Shown here: one piece after another, positions 18,544 through 28,305 of the stretch
How the letters are laid out: each line of letters opens with the position of its first letter
How positions within the stretch are numbered: the stretch's first letter is position 1
Source: Candidatus Bathyarchaeota archaeon
Lineage (GTDB): Archaea; Thermoproteota; Bathyarchaeia; TCS64
DNA: 40,569 nt
Assembly: GCA_026014515.1 (NCBI GenBank)
Contig: JAOZIG010000314.1
Span: forward strand, 1-40,569
Reading direction: 5' to 3'
The notes under the pieces: generated by a model
Seen by the model: the letters and a program-made list of their open reading frames with translations, nothing else
Database searches by the model: none
Told to the model about the DNA's origin: nothing
Made by a program: the position numbers and the translations under genes

Positions 18544-18888
18544 GTGAGGTATAGATACATCAGGTACCGTTGGGAACGGGGCAACGATATGGAGGAACTG
18601 GCGTCGGTTCTCTCAGAAGATTACATTGTTGCTCGTCGGATGTTCCCGGGTTCTAATATCGAGGTGAGTCTATTCAAGGATGACCGACTAGAATTGATTG
18701 TTACAGCGGATCGTATGCGGGTTCATATGAACGCTCATAGAGCTATACTGAGCCAGTTTGAGGACGGTGCCTTCACTAAACATGATTTGACACTCAGGGA
18801 GAAGATACTGGAGCTGTATCCAAGGAGTCGTCCAACACCGTTCCCGTGGGGACACAGCTTCGAGCCCAATTATGAGGTTGAAGAATAG
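18544..18888 (+). CDS. Hypothetical protein
   Basis: Fills the gap, TATA-like TTATAT about 25 nt upstream, abuts the convergent gene; no motif recognised. Confidence 0.65.
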   Translation: MRYRYIRYRWERGNDMEELASVLSEDYIVARRMFPGSNIEVSLFKDDRLELIVTADRMRVHMNAHRAILSQFEDGAFTKHDLTLREKILELYPRSRPTPFPWGHSFEPNYEVEE

Positions 18889-19851
18889 TTACTTTTTCCA
18901 GATTTTCTCGGTGCCTGCAAGTTCTTTTTCTATGATCTCTGTGAGGTCGCTAGTTCCATAGTTTTTGATGAGTTCTTCTTTGCTCAGGGCTTCGATCTCA
19001 AGTCTTCTCCACCGGTTTACACCTACTAGGTTGTTGAACTCTGCCCATGAGACGCCCATCTTAGCTATCTTTCTGATATCTCGTCCATGTCGTAGCTCAT
19101 CTAGTGCATCAACCATGGCTTTTGCAGCTGGGTATAGGCATATCATTGGTACTGATACGTAGCTTACTCCTCTTGATTCTAGTTCCTCGAATGTGAATGG
19201 CGGCGTCTTGCCTCCGGGGATAACGTTGAAGGCTAAGGGGGCGGGTACCCGATCTACAAGTTTCTCTACCTCGTCTAGGCTCTGAGGTGCCTCTACGTAG
19301 ACGTAATCTGCACCTGCTTCGGCGTAGGATACTGCTCGGTGGAGAGCATCATCGAACCCGGTTACTGTTCGTGCATCGGTGCGTGCCCCGATAGCCATAT
19401 CGGGGTTCTCCTCGTTGCGGGTTTTTACTGCGGTCTTGAGTTTTTGAAGCATCTCGGATTCGGGGATTACTTGTTTACCGGCCATGTGTCCGCATCTTTT
19501 TGGCCATACTTGGTCCTCAAACCTGATGCTGGCGGCTCCTATTCGGGCGAAGTTCATGGTGGTCCAGTGGGCGTTTAGGGCGTTTCCGTATCCTGTGTCT
19601 ACGTCAACGTCTACTGGTAGGTCTACGGCGTTTACGATGGTGCGTGTGCGTTCCACCATCTCATGGTAGCCTACGAGCCCCATGTCTGGTTGTCCAATCA
19701 GGCTTGATGATATGCCGTAGCCTGTGGTTCCTACAATGTCGAAGCCTGCTCTTTGGATGAGTAGTGCGCTTAATGCGTCGTAGGCGCAGGGACGGAGATG
19801 CAGCCCTTTGCTGTTGATTATTTCCTTGAATTGTTTGCCTTTTGATGCCAT
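18889..19851 (-). CDS. Isocitrate lyase/PEP mutase family protein (methylisocitrate lyase-like)
   Basis: AYDALSA, DVDTGYG, EDQVWPKRCGHM, ARTDA, YAEAGAD. Confidence 0.9.
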   Translation of the reverse strand: MASKGKQFKEIINSKGLHLRPCAYDALSALLIQRAGFDIVGTTGYGISSSLIGQPDMGLVGYHEMVERTRTIVNAVDLPVDVDVDTGYGNALNAHWTTMNFARIGAASIRFEDQVWPKRCGHMAGKQVIPESEMLQKLKTAVKTRNEENPDMAIGARTDARTVTGFDDALHRAVSYAEAGADYVYVEAPQSLDEVEKLVDRVPAPLAFNVIPGGKTPPFTFEELESRGVSYVSVPMICLYPAAKAMVDALDELRHGRDIRKIAKMGVSWAEFNNLVGVNRWRRLEIEALSKEELIKNYGTSDLTEIIEKELAGTEKIWKK

Positions 19852-19930
19852 GTATCAATGATAGTGGTTGGTGATTTAACGGTGCAGGTAATGGGGTATA
19901 CTTATTTCCACCCCTTGTATCATCAGAGCC

Positions 19931-20893
19931 ATGAGTCTCCCCGAGGAGTTCAAGGCACTCTACTACAAACAAAAATACCGGCTAGTTGGTGAACACAGCG
20001 CAGTCAAGACGTGCCACTGGCTCAGCCGCAGCCTAAACACTGGAGGCGTGGAGACTTGCTACAAGAACAAGTTCTACGGGATACCTACACACCGATGCAT
20101 GCAGATGACCCCCAGTCTTGGACACTGTACCCAGAGCTGCTTGTTCTGTTGGAGAGCTACTCCCGAGACCCTGGGAGTCGGATGGGAACAGACACAGCCC
20201 ATCACTGACCCCATGGACCCGGATAGCATCATCGATGGGTGCCTGTATCATCACCGGAAGCTCATCTATGGGTTCGGGGGTAACCCCAATGTCAGTGAGG
20301 AGATGTACGAGGAGGCGCTTGACCCTGTTCATGCAGCTATTAGCCTTGAAGGGGAGCCTGCTTTGTATCCGTTGCTGGGTGAACTTGTGGAGGCGTATCT
20401 GGATCGTGGTTTCAAGTCTGTTTTTATCGTGACCAATGGGACTCGTCCTGATGTATTGGAGAATCTCAGCTGTGAGCCTACTCAGCTCTATGTGAGCCTC
20501 TGTGCACCGGATGAGGAGACCTATGAGAAGACCTGTCGCCCCATGGAGCATGGTTTATGGGATAAAGTAAGGGAATCAGTTGAGCTTCTTGACAGCTTCA
20601 AGTGTCCAACGGTTTTACGGCATACCCTTGTGCCTAAGCTGAATATGCATAGCCCTGAGAAGTATGGTGCGTTAGCTGAGCTTGGTAACGCGACTTACAT
20701 GGAGCCCAAGGCTGCGATGAGTGTCGGTGGAGCAAGAGCACGTTTCAGCTACAAGGATATGGCTTGGTTTAGCGAGATCAAGGAGTTCGGTGAGGCTGTT
20801 GCGGCTAGTTGCAGTTATAACGTGGTTGACGAGCATGAGCCAAGTAATATCGTGCTTCTTAGCAGACTTGAGAAGCCCATTCAATTATACTAA
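19931..20893 (+). CDS. taw1: tRNA 4-demethylwyosine synthase (radical SAM, TYW1/Taw1)
   Basis: YRLVGEHSAVKTCHW, CYKNKFYGI.THRCMQMTP, CTQSCLFCWR, HAAISLEGEP, VTNG. Confidence 0.95.
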   Translation: MSLPEEFKALYYKQKYRLVGEHSAVKTCHWLSRSLNTGGVETCYKNKFYGIPTHRCMQMTPSLGHCTQSCLFCWRATPETLGVGWEQTQPITDPMDPDSIIDGCLYHHRKLIYGFGGNPNVSEEMYEEALDPVHAAISLEGEPALYPLLGELVEAYLDRGFKSVFIVTNGTRPDVLENLSCEPTQLYVSLCAPDEETYEKTCRPMEHGLWDKVRESVELLDSFKCPTVLRHTLVPKLNMHSPEKYGALAELGNATYMEPKAAMSVGGARARFSYKDMAWFSEIKEFGEAVAASCSYNVVDEHEPSNIVLLSRLEKPIQLY

Positions 20894-20927
20894 GCATTAA
20901 TAGTAGCGGAATACACAAGGGTTCAAT

Positions 20928-21404
20928 ATGATTGATAAAATTGGGTTAAAAACCACCTTCAAGGAACTTGTAGCTTATAGGGTTCTTGAACCGGGACAAA
21001 ACGAGATCGTGGAATGCGCAAAGCTCAGTGGAGAACTCCACAAGCTGAACGCGAGCCCCCGTGATCCTAACATGGTCCTGTTCTATGACCCCAAAGATGA
21101 ACCGGGTTGCCGAAGAGAGGTCATGATCCCCATCGAAAACGAGGTAGAGGGCATCGATATAAAGATGAAGCCCGAGATGAAGGTAGCCTTCTTGGTGTTC
21201 ATCGGTACAGATCAGCCCATCGAGTACTATTATGAGGAGCTTTACAAGTACATTGAAAAACAGGGATTGAAGCCTGCGAGCACAATGTGCAGCGTTGAAG
21301 CTGTTTATCAGCCTCACGATTTTAACCTCAGCTATGGTAGTTTCATCGATGAGGACAGTGCCGAGGCTTGGCACACAGAGATCATGATCCCTGTCGAGGA
21401 GTAA
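20928..21404 (+). CDS. GyrI-like small-molecule-binding domain protein
   Basis: YEELYKYIEKQGLK...EAVY...TEIMIPV pattern with internal duplication (EVMIPI/EIMIPV). Confidence 0.7.
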   Translation: MIDKIGLKTTFKELVAYRVLEPGQNEIVECAKLSGELHKLNASPRDPNMVLFYDPKDEPGCRREVMIPIENEVEGIDIKMKPEMKVAFLVFIGTDQPIEYYYEELYKYIEKQGLKPASTMCSVEAVYQPHDFNLSYGSFIDEDSAEAWHTEIMIPVEE

Positions 21405-21439
21405 ACCCTTTATTTTACTCATGTATTCAACTGTGTTGC

Positions 21440-21513
21440 GCGTTCGTGGTATAGTGGTAGAATATTAGCCTTCCAAGCTAATGACCCGGGTTCAAATCCC
21501 GGCGGACGCACCA
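21440..21513 (+). tRNA. tRNA-Gly(TCC), intronless, CCA encoded
   Basis: GCGTTCG...TTAGC-CT-TCC-AA-GCTAA...CCGGG-TTCAAAT-CCCGG-CGGACGC-A-CCA. Confidence 0.97.
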
Positions 21514-21527
21514 AATATTTTCTTATT

Positions 21528-22016
21528 CTAAACAGGGGTTTTCTTCAGTTCATTTAGGTGATGCTTTTGCCAATCAAGTTCTTTTGCAACCGCAGTATCT
21601 GCCTCAAGAATATCAGAGGCTCTGTGAATAGCCTGTAATGCATATATTGCTCCACCTATCGCGTGAGCAGAGACATGCGCAGTGGCGACGGTTTGACCCG
21701 CGGCTCGGGCAACAGAACGAGCAGCATTATCTTCTCCCACTTCTCTGGCTGCTGCGTGTGAGCCTAGGGAGGCTCCGCGTATGATTTTCATTTTGAAATC
21801 CCCGGTTTCTATCCATTTTTGAAGTGTTTCTAATGCGTTTCTTGGGCGGGTATCGTCCGGATGTTTTTCTTCATAGTAATGCATGACGCGTTCAGTGCAG
21901 TCTATTGCCCAAGCAGCGAGTGTTTTTTGATCAACGTCTTCGATGAGGGAAACAAACTCATTTTTGTAGTAAAGTATTGAGAATTTTGATTTCTTTTTCC
22001 CTGTCTTGGACTGCAT
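21528..22016 (-). CDS. Imm5-like putative immunity protein
   Basis: LAAWAIDCTERV..Y....PDD.RPR.A.....W...SHAAARE...ARAAGQ.VATAHV..HA pattern; ATG 22016 preferred to 22085. Confidence 0.72.
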   Translation of the reverse strand: MQSKTGKKKSKFSILYYKNEFVSLIEDVDQKTLAAWAIDCTERVMHYYEEKHPDDTRPRNALETLQKWIETGDFKMKIIRGASLGSHAAAREVGEDNAARSVARAAGQTVATAHVSAHAIGGAIYALQAIHRASDILEADTAVAKELDWQKHHLNELKKTPV

Positions 22017-22189
22017 ATAACCCTGTATTGAGGTGCCTAGATGATTGATAACTATATCACAGGATAAAGAGCCAAAATAGGGCATAAATCAGCGTTACCA
22101 TACCCGTTTTTTACATAGATCAGGATCAGAAAGGAGTCGTTTTAGGGTTTATTTCATGGAAAAGGGTTGTATTCTGCCTGTGTCTTGCT

Positions 22190-22216
22190 GCCCCTACCCC
22201 CCTCCCTGTTAGGGGC
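22190..22216 (-). terminator. GC-rich hairpin at the 3' end of the MBL gene
   Basis: GCCCCTA (22190-22196) / TAGGGGC (22210-22216) inverted repeat spanning the stop codon; function is inferred. Confidence 0.3.
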
Positions 22217-22850
22217 TATTCTTGGGGAAGGGTTTTCCGTGTCCGGGGTAGACGGTTTCTGCTTGTATGTTTCTTAGTTTTTCTGCACTGTAATCGAGTG
22301 CTGTCTGGTCGTTTACCAAGGTTGTTATGTTTTCCATTGAGCCGTTGAAGATGTCACCACAGAACAGGGTGCCATTCGTCTGTAAGCTGATTGAGCCCTT
22401 GCTGTGTCCCGGGGTTTGGATTACCTCTGCATCTAGTCCATATTCGGTTAGGCTCTGGTTTTCGAGAAGGATGTCTGGTTGGAATGTCTCAAAGTCACCT
22501 AATCCTGTTACATTCATGAAGAAGCCTACTATCTTGATCATTAGGCTTTGTGGCGCATCAGCAAACATTCCTCCACCAGTTACCATGTTTACATCACCCT
22601 GATGCATAGCGATCTTTGCACCATAATTGTCTCTTAGATAAGCCGCGTTTCCAACGTGGTCAACATGCCCATGTGTCAAGATTATCAGTTTGAGGTCTCC
22701 GGGTTGGCATCCAGCCTCTGTGATGGCGGTTTCTAGTTTTTTTCTTTGTTTCTTGATTCCAGTGTCGATTAAATAGAAGCCGTTCTCGTTGTGGAGTAGG
22801 TAGCAGTTAGCATCGAATAGATACTTGAGTTGGATATGGATGACTTCCAT
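22209..22850 (-). CDS. MBL-fold metallo-hydrolase
   Basis: LIDTG, THGHVDH, TPGHS, CGD, PGHG. Confidence 0.93.
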   Translation of the reverse strand: MEVIHIQLKYLFDANCYLLHNENGFYLIDTGIKKQRKKLETAITEAGCQPGDLKLIILTHGHVDHVGNAAYLRDNYGAKIAMHQGDVNMVTGGGMFADAPQSLMIKIVGFFMNVTGLGDFETFQPDILLENQSLTEYGLDAEVIQTPGHSKGSISLQTNGTLFCGDIFNGSMENITTLVNDQTALDYSAEKLRNIQAETVYPGHGKPFPKNSP

Positions 22851-22872
22851 ATCGAGCAGTATGAAAAAAGGC

Positions 22873-23544
22873 TCATATATTTCTTGGTAGATGCTGCCCG
22901 TATTGTTTGATCAGTTTTTCCGCTTCTTGTAGGGTTTCGTTGATTTTCTCTCTGGGGATTTCCTTGTTGCCCCAGCTGAATATCAGTAGATTCTCGGTGT
23001 GTTTGGTGATCTTTGTCTCGTTTGAGTCACGCACGCCTATACAGCTGATGATTCTTTCAGCGTCCTCAAGTATCGGGGTGTTTAGATCGATGTTGACGGG
23101 TTTGGTCTTACCGATTGGGATAAACGCATCACCCGCCTCAGCCAAACGTAGAGTAACATCACCCACTACTAGGTCACTATCAAAGACACCGATGGGAACT
23201 AGGGTTCTCACCGAGACCAAGTTGCATGCATCAACCACGTTGCTGATGGTTGGGAACTTACCCTGTAATATCCCACGAAGGTACAGGTTTTCGACTGCAG
23301 GGGGAACATTATCTGGGTACGCGTCAAACTGGGTGTGTATTCTGCGGTAAGCGTTGAACTGTTCATTGGAGTTAAGATCAGAGGGGGTCTTGTCTTTCCA
23401 CTCTATTAGAAACTTTTTCTTCGCCTCAACCAGTTCGATTGGTGTACGGTCAACCTTGACGCCTGAGACCTCTCTGTGTTCTATGTAGAGGGTTGGGACG
23501 CGTTCTGTTACCTTTGGGTCGATTGTTACAAGGTGAGCGGGCAT
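22873..23544 (-). CDS. Stand-alone B3/B4 domain protein (PheRS-beta editing-like)
   Basis: AYRR...PPAVENL...PTISNVVDACNLVS...PIGVFD.D...RDS..TKIT; start 23544 or 23586. Confidence 0.82.
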   Translation of the reverse strand: MPAHLVTIDPKVTERVPTLYIEHREVSGVKVDRTPIELVEAKKKFLIEWKDKTPSDLNSNEQFNAYRRIHTQFDAYPDNVPPAVENLYLRGILQGKFPTISNVVDACNLVSVRTLVPIGVFDSDLVVGDVTLRLAEAGDAFIPIGKTKPVNIDLNTPILEDAERIISCIGVRDSNETKITKHTENLLIFSWGNKEIPREKINETLQEAEKLIKQYGQHLPRNI

Positions 23545-23630
23545 TTTGGTTTCTAAGTTAAAGTATGGGTTAAAGGTTTTGACCATGTTTTGTGGTTGAG
23601 GTTAAATGTCATTGTGCTTGAGTTACTTGG

Positions 23631-24347
23631 ATGCAGATAGAGGCGGTTACCTTCGATCTCTGGGATACATTAGTGTATACTAGGAACTACGCCGAGTTTA
23701 GGCTCCCAGAACTCACAAATATACTCAGAGAACAGGGATTAAGCCTCACTGATGAGGAGATTCTTGCGGCGTATCAAGCTGGTTTCAACTACAGCATGAA
23801 AACAATACCGCTTGAAGGCTACAGACATATTGAAACACATGAGATAATCGACAAAGTACTAGAGAAAGTAGGTTACACCTCAGAGAAGACCAGAAACAAG
23901 CTGATACAAGTCTACGAGGAAGCTGTACTCTGTGATCCACCCAAGCTCAAAGAAGGCGTCTTTGAGGCGCTGGATTACGTCAAAGACCGGTACAAAATTG
24001 GTTTGGTCAGTGTAACTGGTGTAAGCCCGGGTAGAATCGTCAGGGAGATACTCAGGGAATACGGGGTAGTGGATTATTTTGAGGTGTTGACATTTAGTGA
24101 TGAGGTGAAGCTGGTTAAACCCAACCCACGGTTATTTACCACGTGCCTTGATGAGCTTGGTGTGGAGCCCGGTAAAGCCGTTCATGTTGGTGATAGCTTC
24201 AAGAGTGATATTGTAGGTGCCATTGATGCAGGTATGCATACTATATGGGTTAAGACGAGGGAACAGGTGATGAAGCCGGGTTACAAACCTGACGCAGTAA
24301 TTAGTAGCCTATTGGAGTTTCCTGCTGCTCTTAGAGCCTTGGAATAA
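23631..24347 (+). CDS. HAD-family hydrolase
   Basis: FDLWDTL, KPNP.LF, HVGDSFKSDI.GA. Confidence 0.92.
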   Translation: MQIEAVTFDLWDTLVYTRNYAEFRLPELTNILREQGLSLTDEEILAAYQAGFNYSMKTIPLEGYRHIETHEIIDKVLEKVGYTSEKTRNKLIQVYEEAVLCDPPKLKEGVFEALDYVKDRYKIGLVSVTGVSPGRIVREILREYGVVDYFEVLTFSDEVKLVKPNPRLFTTCLDELGVEPGKAVHVGDSFKSDIVGAIDAGMHTIWVKTREQVMKPGYKPDAVISSLLEFPAALRALE

Positions 24348-24900
24348 AGGCTCCAACTTGTTTCATGTATTCTCGGTACTGGTCTCCGAATCGTTCAATC
24401 AATAACTCTTCTTCGCGTCTCGAGACCATTACGTATCCGGGGATCGCTACCCAAGGAAGTAACGTGAACCACTTCAACCACACCAATGTAATGCCGATGA
24501 TCATCAGCATATATGCAAGATAGGATGGGTGCCGTACGAGACTGTATGGTGGTTCGGTGATTAGTTTGTGGTCTTCCCGCATGCTCCAAGAGGTAGCATA
24601 GCGTTCACGGACTACGACGCTCCATGCGTGAAGCAGACAGCCAATGAAAAACAGGGATAACCCGATTATCTGTGGTACGCCTATCATGATGTAGATGTTG
24701 TCTGTTCGCTCAAGGGCGATCAAAGCCAAGGACTCAGCGAATAAAGATAAAGAGCCAATTAGTGCAAGTATGAACCCGAGGCTCAGTGGTGTCTCGGATT
24801 GGTTTCTTACGCCGATTCCTCTGTGTTTGAGGACGTTTCTTAGACTGACACCCCAGAATACCGCTAGTCCTGTAACGAGTATCACTGAAGTGAGAGCCAT
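24331..24900 (-). CDS. Isoprenylcysteine carboxyl methyltransferase (ICMT/Ste14) family membrane protein
   Basis: HKLITEPPYSLVRHPSY, EEELLIERFGDQYREY, multiple TM helices. Confidence 0.88.
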   Translation of the reverse strand: MALTSVILVTGLAVFWGVSLRNVLKHRGIGVRNQSETPLSLGFILALIGSLSLFAESLALIALERTDNIYIMIGVPQIIGLSLFFIGCLLHAWSVVVRERYATSWSMREDHKLITEPPYSLVRHPSYLAYMLMIIGITLVWLKWFTLLPWVAIPGYVMVSRREEELLIERFGDQYREYMKQVGAFIPRL

Positions 24901-24940
24901 GTTTGATTAATTGTATATGGTAATTTAATTGGTCTGATGG

Positions 24941-24984
24941 TTAGTTTCCAGAAAACATTAATATGTAAACCATTAAAGGTTTAC
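24941..24984 (+). promoter_or_regulatory. Promoter/operator copy 1 (TATA plus 20-bp palindrome)
   Basis: AAAACATTAATAT then GTAAACCATTAAAGGTTTAC; repeated at 25889-25933. Confidence 0.75.
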
Positions 24985-24986
24985 CG

Positions 24987-25892
24987 ATGGTTCTCTTTTT
25001 TTACGCAGGATTAATTTTAGGAGCAACCATCGGATTGCTAACAATGGGTTTCAGGTTAACCCACAAAACCAGCGGGTACATGAATCTAGGGCATGTAGTC
25101 AATGTTGGAGTAGGAATGATGTTGGGGTTCATTGTAGTCCAGCAACTTGGTTTAAGACCTATAATGGGTACCCCGTTCGCGTTTCTACTCACAGGTATCT
25201 TCAACGCAGTAGTCTATCGTGTATTTTATCATAGAATGGAAAAACGGGGCTACAGTGAGGCACTGATATCATTGTTTGGATTAGTCTTCATGTATCTAGG
25301 AGTGAATGTAATCACTATTGCAACATATCTTGTATGCCTCCATTTCCCATCAGAGTACTGGTGTGGAACATCAGGAGCCTTAATTCGCAATCATTTACAT
25401 TATCGTGACCCATTATACGAGCCCCTTGGGTTATCATTGCTACTAATTATTGCAGGTTACTTGTTTACCAGAACAAATCTAGGTATCAAACTAAGAGCCG
25501 TTGCCGAAACCCCAACCTTAGCCGAAATCTGTGGAACTAACTCAGTGAACATCAAAACCCTCGCTTGGTTTATAGCTGGAGGCTTGGCGGGTGTCGCTGG
25601 GATCGTCTCACCTTACCTCTATAAAGGGGAGTTTGCTCGTGATATTGAGTTATATTATATTCCTGTCTTTATCAGCGGAATTTTATCTGAGAAAAAGGAG
25701 CCATGGGTTGCCGGAATAATAGGCATACTGGTTGCATATATCCAGTTGATAGTTGTACTTAATGGACAGGCAAGCTTCGGTAACTGGTTTGCTGATTTCA
25801 CACAACCCATACTGGCTATCGTTTTAGCTATAATATTGTATATGAAAGACAGGAAAATCAGCATTCCCGTTTTGTTTAATAAAAGGGATTAG
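24987..25892 (+). CDS. Branched-chain amino acid ABC permease-like (LivH family)
   Basis: MGFRLTHKTSGYMNLGH, TNLGIKLRAVAE...LAEICGTN, WFIAGGLAGVAG. Confidence 0.82.
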   Translation: MVLFFYAGLILGATIGLLTMGFRLTHKTSGYMNLGHVVNVGVGMMLGFIVVQQLGLRPIMGTPFAFLLTGIFNAVVYRVFYHRMEKRGYSEALISLFGLVFMYLGVNVITIATYLVCLHFPSEYWCGTSGALIRNHLHYRDPLYEPLGLSLLLIIAGYLFTRTNLGIKLRAVAETPTLAEICGTNSVNIKTLAWFIAGGLAGVAGIVSPYLYKGEFARDIELYYIPVFISGILSEKKEPWVAGIIGILVAYIQLIVVLNGQASFGNWFADFTQPILAIVLAIILYMKDRKISIPVLFNKRD

Positions 25893-25933
25893 TTTCTAGT
25901 AAAACATTAATATGTAAACCATTAATGGTTTAC
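25889..25933 (+). promoter_or_regulatory. Promoter/operator copy 2 (TATA plus perfect 20-bp palindrome)
   Basis: GTAAACCATTAATGGTTTAC at 25914-25933 is a perfect palindrome. Confidence 0.75.
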
Positions 25934-26845
25934 GTGGTGGGTTTGTCTACACTCTACGACGCGGCGCTACTAAACGGCGTAGTAATCGCGTTACTAACCA
26001 GTGGCTTCACCTTAACCCACACAACCAGCAAGTTCCCAAACCTAGGACACACCCTAAACCTAGGCGTAGGCATGCTAACCGCCTTCCTGTTCAGCCAAAA
26101 CACAGGATTACCCGTATTCACATCAATGCCAATAGTGATACTCATTACCGGAGCCTACAGCCTAACCACATATCAAATAATTTTCAAGCGAATAGAGAAA
26201 CCAGAACTAGCAGCACTCGCAGGGTCAGGGTTGTTATATGCTGGAGCAAACTTGCTGACTATAACAATACATTACTTGAGAAACAAAATAGATACAACTT
26301 GGTGGTGTGGACCACCCTCCATCAATATAGAACAATTACACTTCCACTACCCGAGAAACACGTACTTAGGAATAACAGAGTGCACGTGGATCAATATAAT
26401 CATCATAACAGCCGCTATTGTAGGTTTCCAACTCATCAAGAAACAAGGCATATACACGTTATTCAGAGCCTACTCTGAGAACCATGAACTATTAATGATC
26501 CAAGGAATCAACACCGATAAACTAGTCCAAGCATCATGGTTTATCGCAGGCTGCCTCGGAGGACTCGCAGGAGCAATGATACCTTATTTCTTCAAAGGGT
26601 ACCCGGGTAAATATTCACAGTATTTTTTTACTGATGTAGCTGCATCAGCGGCGTTCGCGGGTATGCGTTCACCTAAACTCGGTTTCCTCACCGGTTTGAT
26701 TGTTGGTTTTCTGAAAATAATTATAGTAACTTTGAATCAGGCTACAATCGGGGTTTGGATTGGAGAATATAATGCAATATTCCCCGTGATGGTAATGGTC
26801 GCTTCATTTGCGGTAATGAGTCTAAGACGAGATCAATCAACATAA
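25925..26845 (+). CDS. Branched-chain amino acid ABC permease-like (LivH family), tandem paralog
   Basis: SGFTLTHTTSKFPNLGH, FRAYSEN.EL..IQGIN, WFIAGCLGGLAG; true start may be GTG 25934/25937 by alignment with copy 1. Confidence 0.8.
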   Translation: MVYVVGLSTLYDAALLNGVVIALLTSGFTLTHTTSKFPNLGHTLNLGVGMLTAFLFSQNTGLPVFTSMPIVILITGAYSLTTYQIIFKRIEKPELAALAGSGLLYAGANLLTITIHYLRNKIDTTWWCGPPSINIEQLHFHYPRNTYLGITECTWINIIIITAAIVGFQLIKKQGIYTLFRAYSENHELLMIQGINTDKLVQASWFIAGCLGGLAGAMIPYFFKGYPGKYSQYFFTDVAASAAFAGMRSPKLGFLTGLIVGFLKIIIVTLNQATIGVWIGEYNAIFPVMVMVASFAVMSLRRDQST

Positions 26846-28269
26846 ACAGTGATCTTAGCAAGGTCAACCGTGAAATCGTATCCAGCGGCGTTTAACTCGT
26901 TCATTGATAATCTTAGCCAGTCACCGAACTCGCCTTCATCTGTGTTATCTGGGTCAAGTGTGCTCGTGTTATCTCCATTCTCGGAGCATATCCGGCAGAG
27001 TATGTTCTTTGATGCCCAGTAATCGATAGCCACGGGATCAGTGCTAGCTGCTATGATGTTTGTCTGTGTTGCACTCATGTATGGGGTACTTGGTCCATCC
27101 TTGGGCAACGCATTCACATAGATAGCATCAACAATATTCAAAGTAGGCACCCGCGTCTGAGCCATCAAAGTACCCATAGCACCCTTACCTACAGCGCTGT
27201 GAATCCTATACCCGAGCCCGGCTGACAGCTTGTCTGATGGTACACCCATGTAATGTTTGATTGCACCCGTGACACCGTAGATCATATGTGTTTTCAGGAC
27301 TGGTACGTTGATTACTTTGAGTCTGTCTATGTCATAATCTTCTATTTCGGGTTTGTAGACACCGTACTTGAAGCTAATCTGAGTATCATAGACGGTAGTG
27401 AACTTAGGATAGGATACAATGGTACCTGTTGACGAGATTACGCTAGTCTGAACTACATAACCATCCTCATCATCGCCTTCAGCGAATTCCTGAACCACGT
27501 TACGGGTAATAGTATCCCAGAGATACGTCGAGACCCTGTACTCGGCGTACATATCAGCAACATCCTGCATGCTCTGTGACTGATCCTCTGCGTTATTCTT
27601 CATCCAGTCAAGACTGCCGCCCTGTCCAGCGCCACCATACTGAGCCTGACCATTATCAGCGATAATTATCTCGCCTCTCCAGCCATCAGGGTGATTGATG
27701 ACTGCCTCAACGATGCTCTTTACTAGGTCGGTGTTTGTGCCGCCTCGTTCATCCCATTGACTGTTTACCTTGATGAGAACCACATCATTGTTACCGATGA
27801 ATCCTGTTGGTCCCTGTGTCTCATCCTCGTTAGAACTGAGATAGAAGGGTTGACCGGTTTCATCCATTAGATCAATTAACCGGTTTACTCCATCATCGGC
27901 TCCGTTGGTGCCAGTTATGGCGTAGATGATTGATGGGTCTGGTTTGGTAGCGGTTGCTGGTTCAAGGCTGAGATTGACTGGAGACATCTCATACTCATCT
28001 GTGTTATTGAGATTCATATACCCATACGCCCCAACCCCAAGAAGCAACACTAAAACAACAGTTTTCCACTGAACCCGAAAACGGTCAGACTCCACAGCAG
28101 CCAAAACAGGCGCAACATACATCATGGTCCAGAGATGAGCCACAAAACCCGCTGACTGTTGACAGGGATAAACAGCTCGACTTGGCTTAGTACCTGTTCT
28201 AAGAAGATACCAGACCAAGCATAGGAACCCATAGATGAAGAAATGGTCCCGAAGCCGCCTAAGCTTCAT
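26833..28269 (-). CDS. DUF362-domain membrane-anchored protein
   Basis: VLIKVN, INVPVLKTH...VTGAIKHYMG, LNIVDA, ASTDPVAID; N-terminal TM with KPSRAVYPCQ. Confidence 0.8.
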   Translation of the reverse strand: MKLRRLRDHFFIYGFLCLVWYLLRTGTKPSRAVYPCQQSAGFVAHLWTMMYVAPVLAAVESDRFRVQWKTVVLVLLLGVGAYGYMNLNNTDEYEMSPVNLSLEPATATKPDPSIIYAITGTNGADDGVNRLIDLMDETGQPFYLSSNEDETQGPTGFIGNNDVVLIKVNSQWDERGGTNTDLVKSIVEAVINHPDGWRGEIIIADNGQAQYGGAGQGGSLDWMKNNAEDQSQSMQDVADMYAEYRVSTYLWDTITRNVVQEFAEGDDEDGYVVQTSVISSTGTIVSYPKFTTVYDTQISFKYGVYKPEIEDYDIDRLKVINVPVLKTHMIYGVTGAIKHYMGVPSDKLSAGLGYRIHSAVGKGAMGTLMAQTRVPTLNIVDAIYVNALPKDGPSTPYMSATQTNIIAASTDPVAIDYWASKNILCRICSENGDNTSTLDPDNTDEGEFGDWLRLSMNELNAAGYDFTVDLAKITVYVD

Positions 28270-28305
28270 AAATAAACCAAACGAGGCTGGGTTTATCTGA
28301 TTTTG

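Noticed and set aside
21440-27000. Integrated element at tRNA-Gly or tRNA-Pro
   Set aside because: No integrase and no duplicated tRNA 3' end (att site) found by eye.
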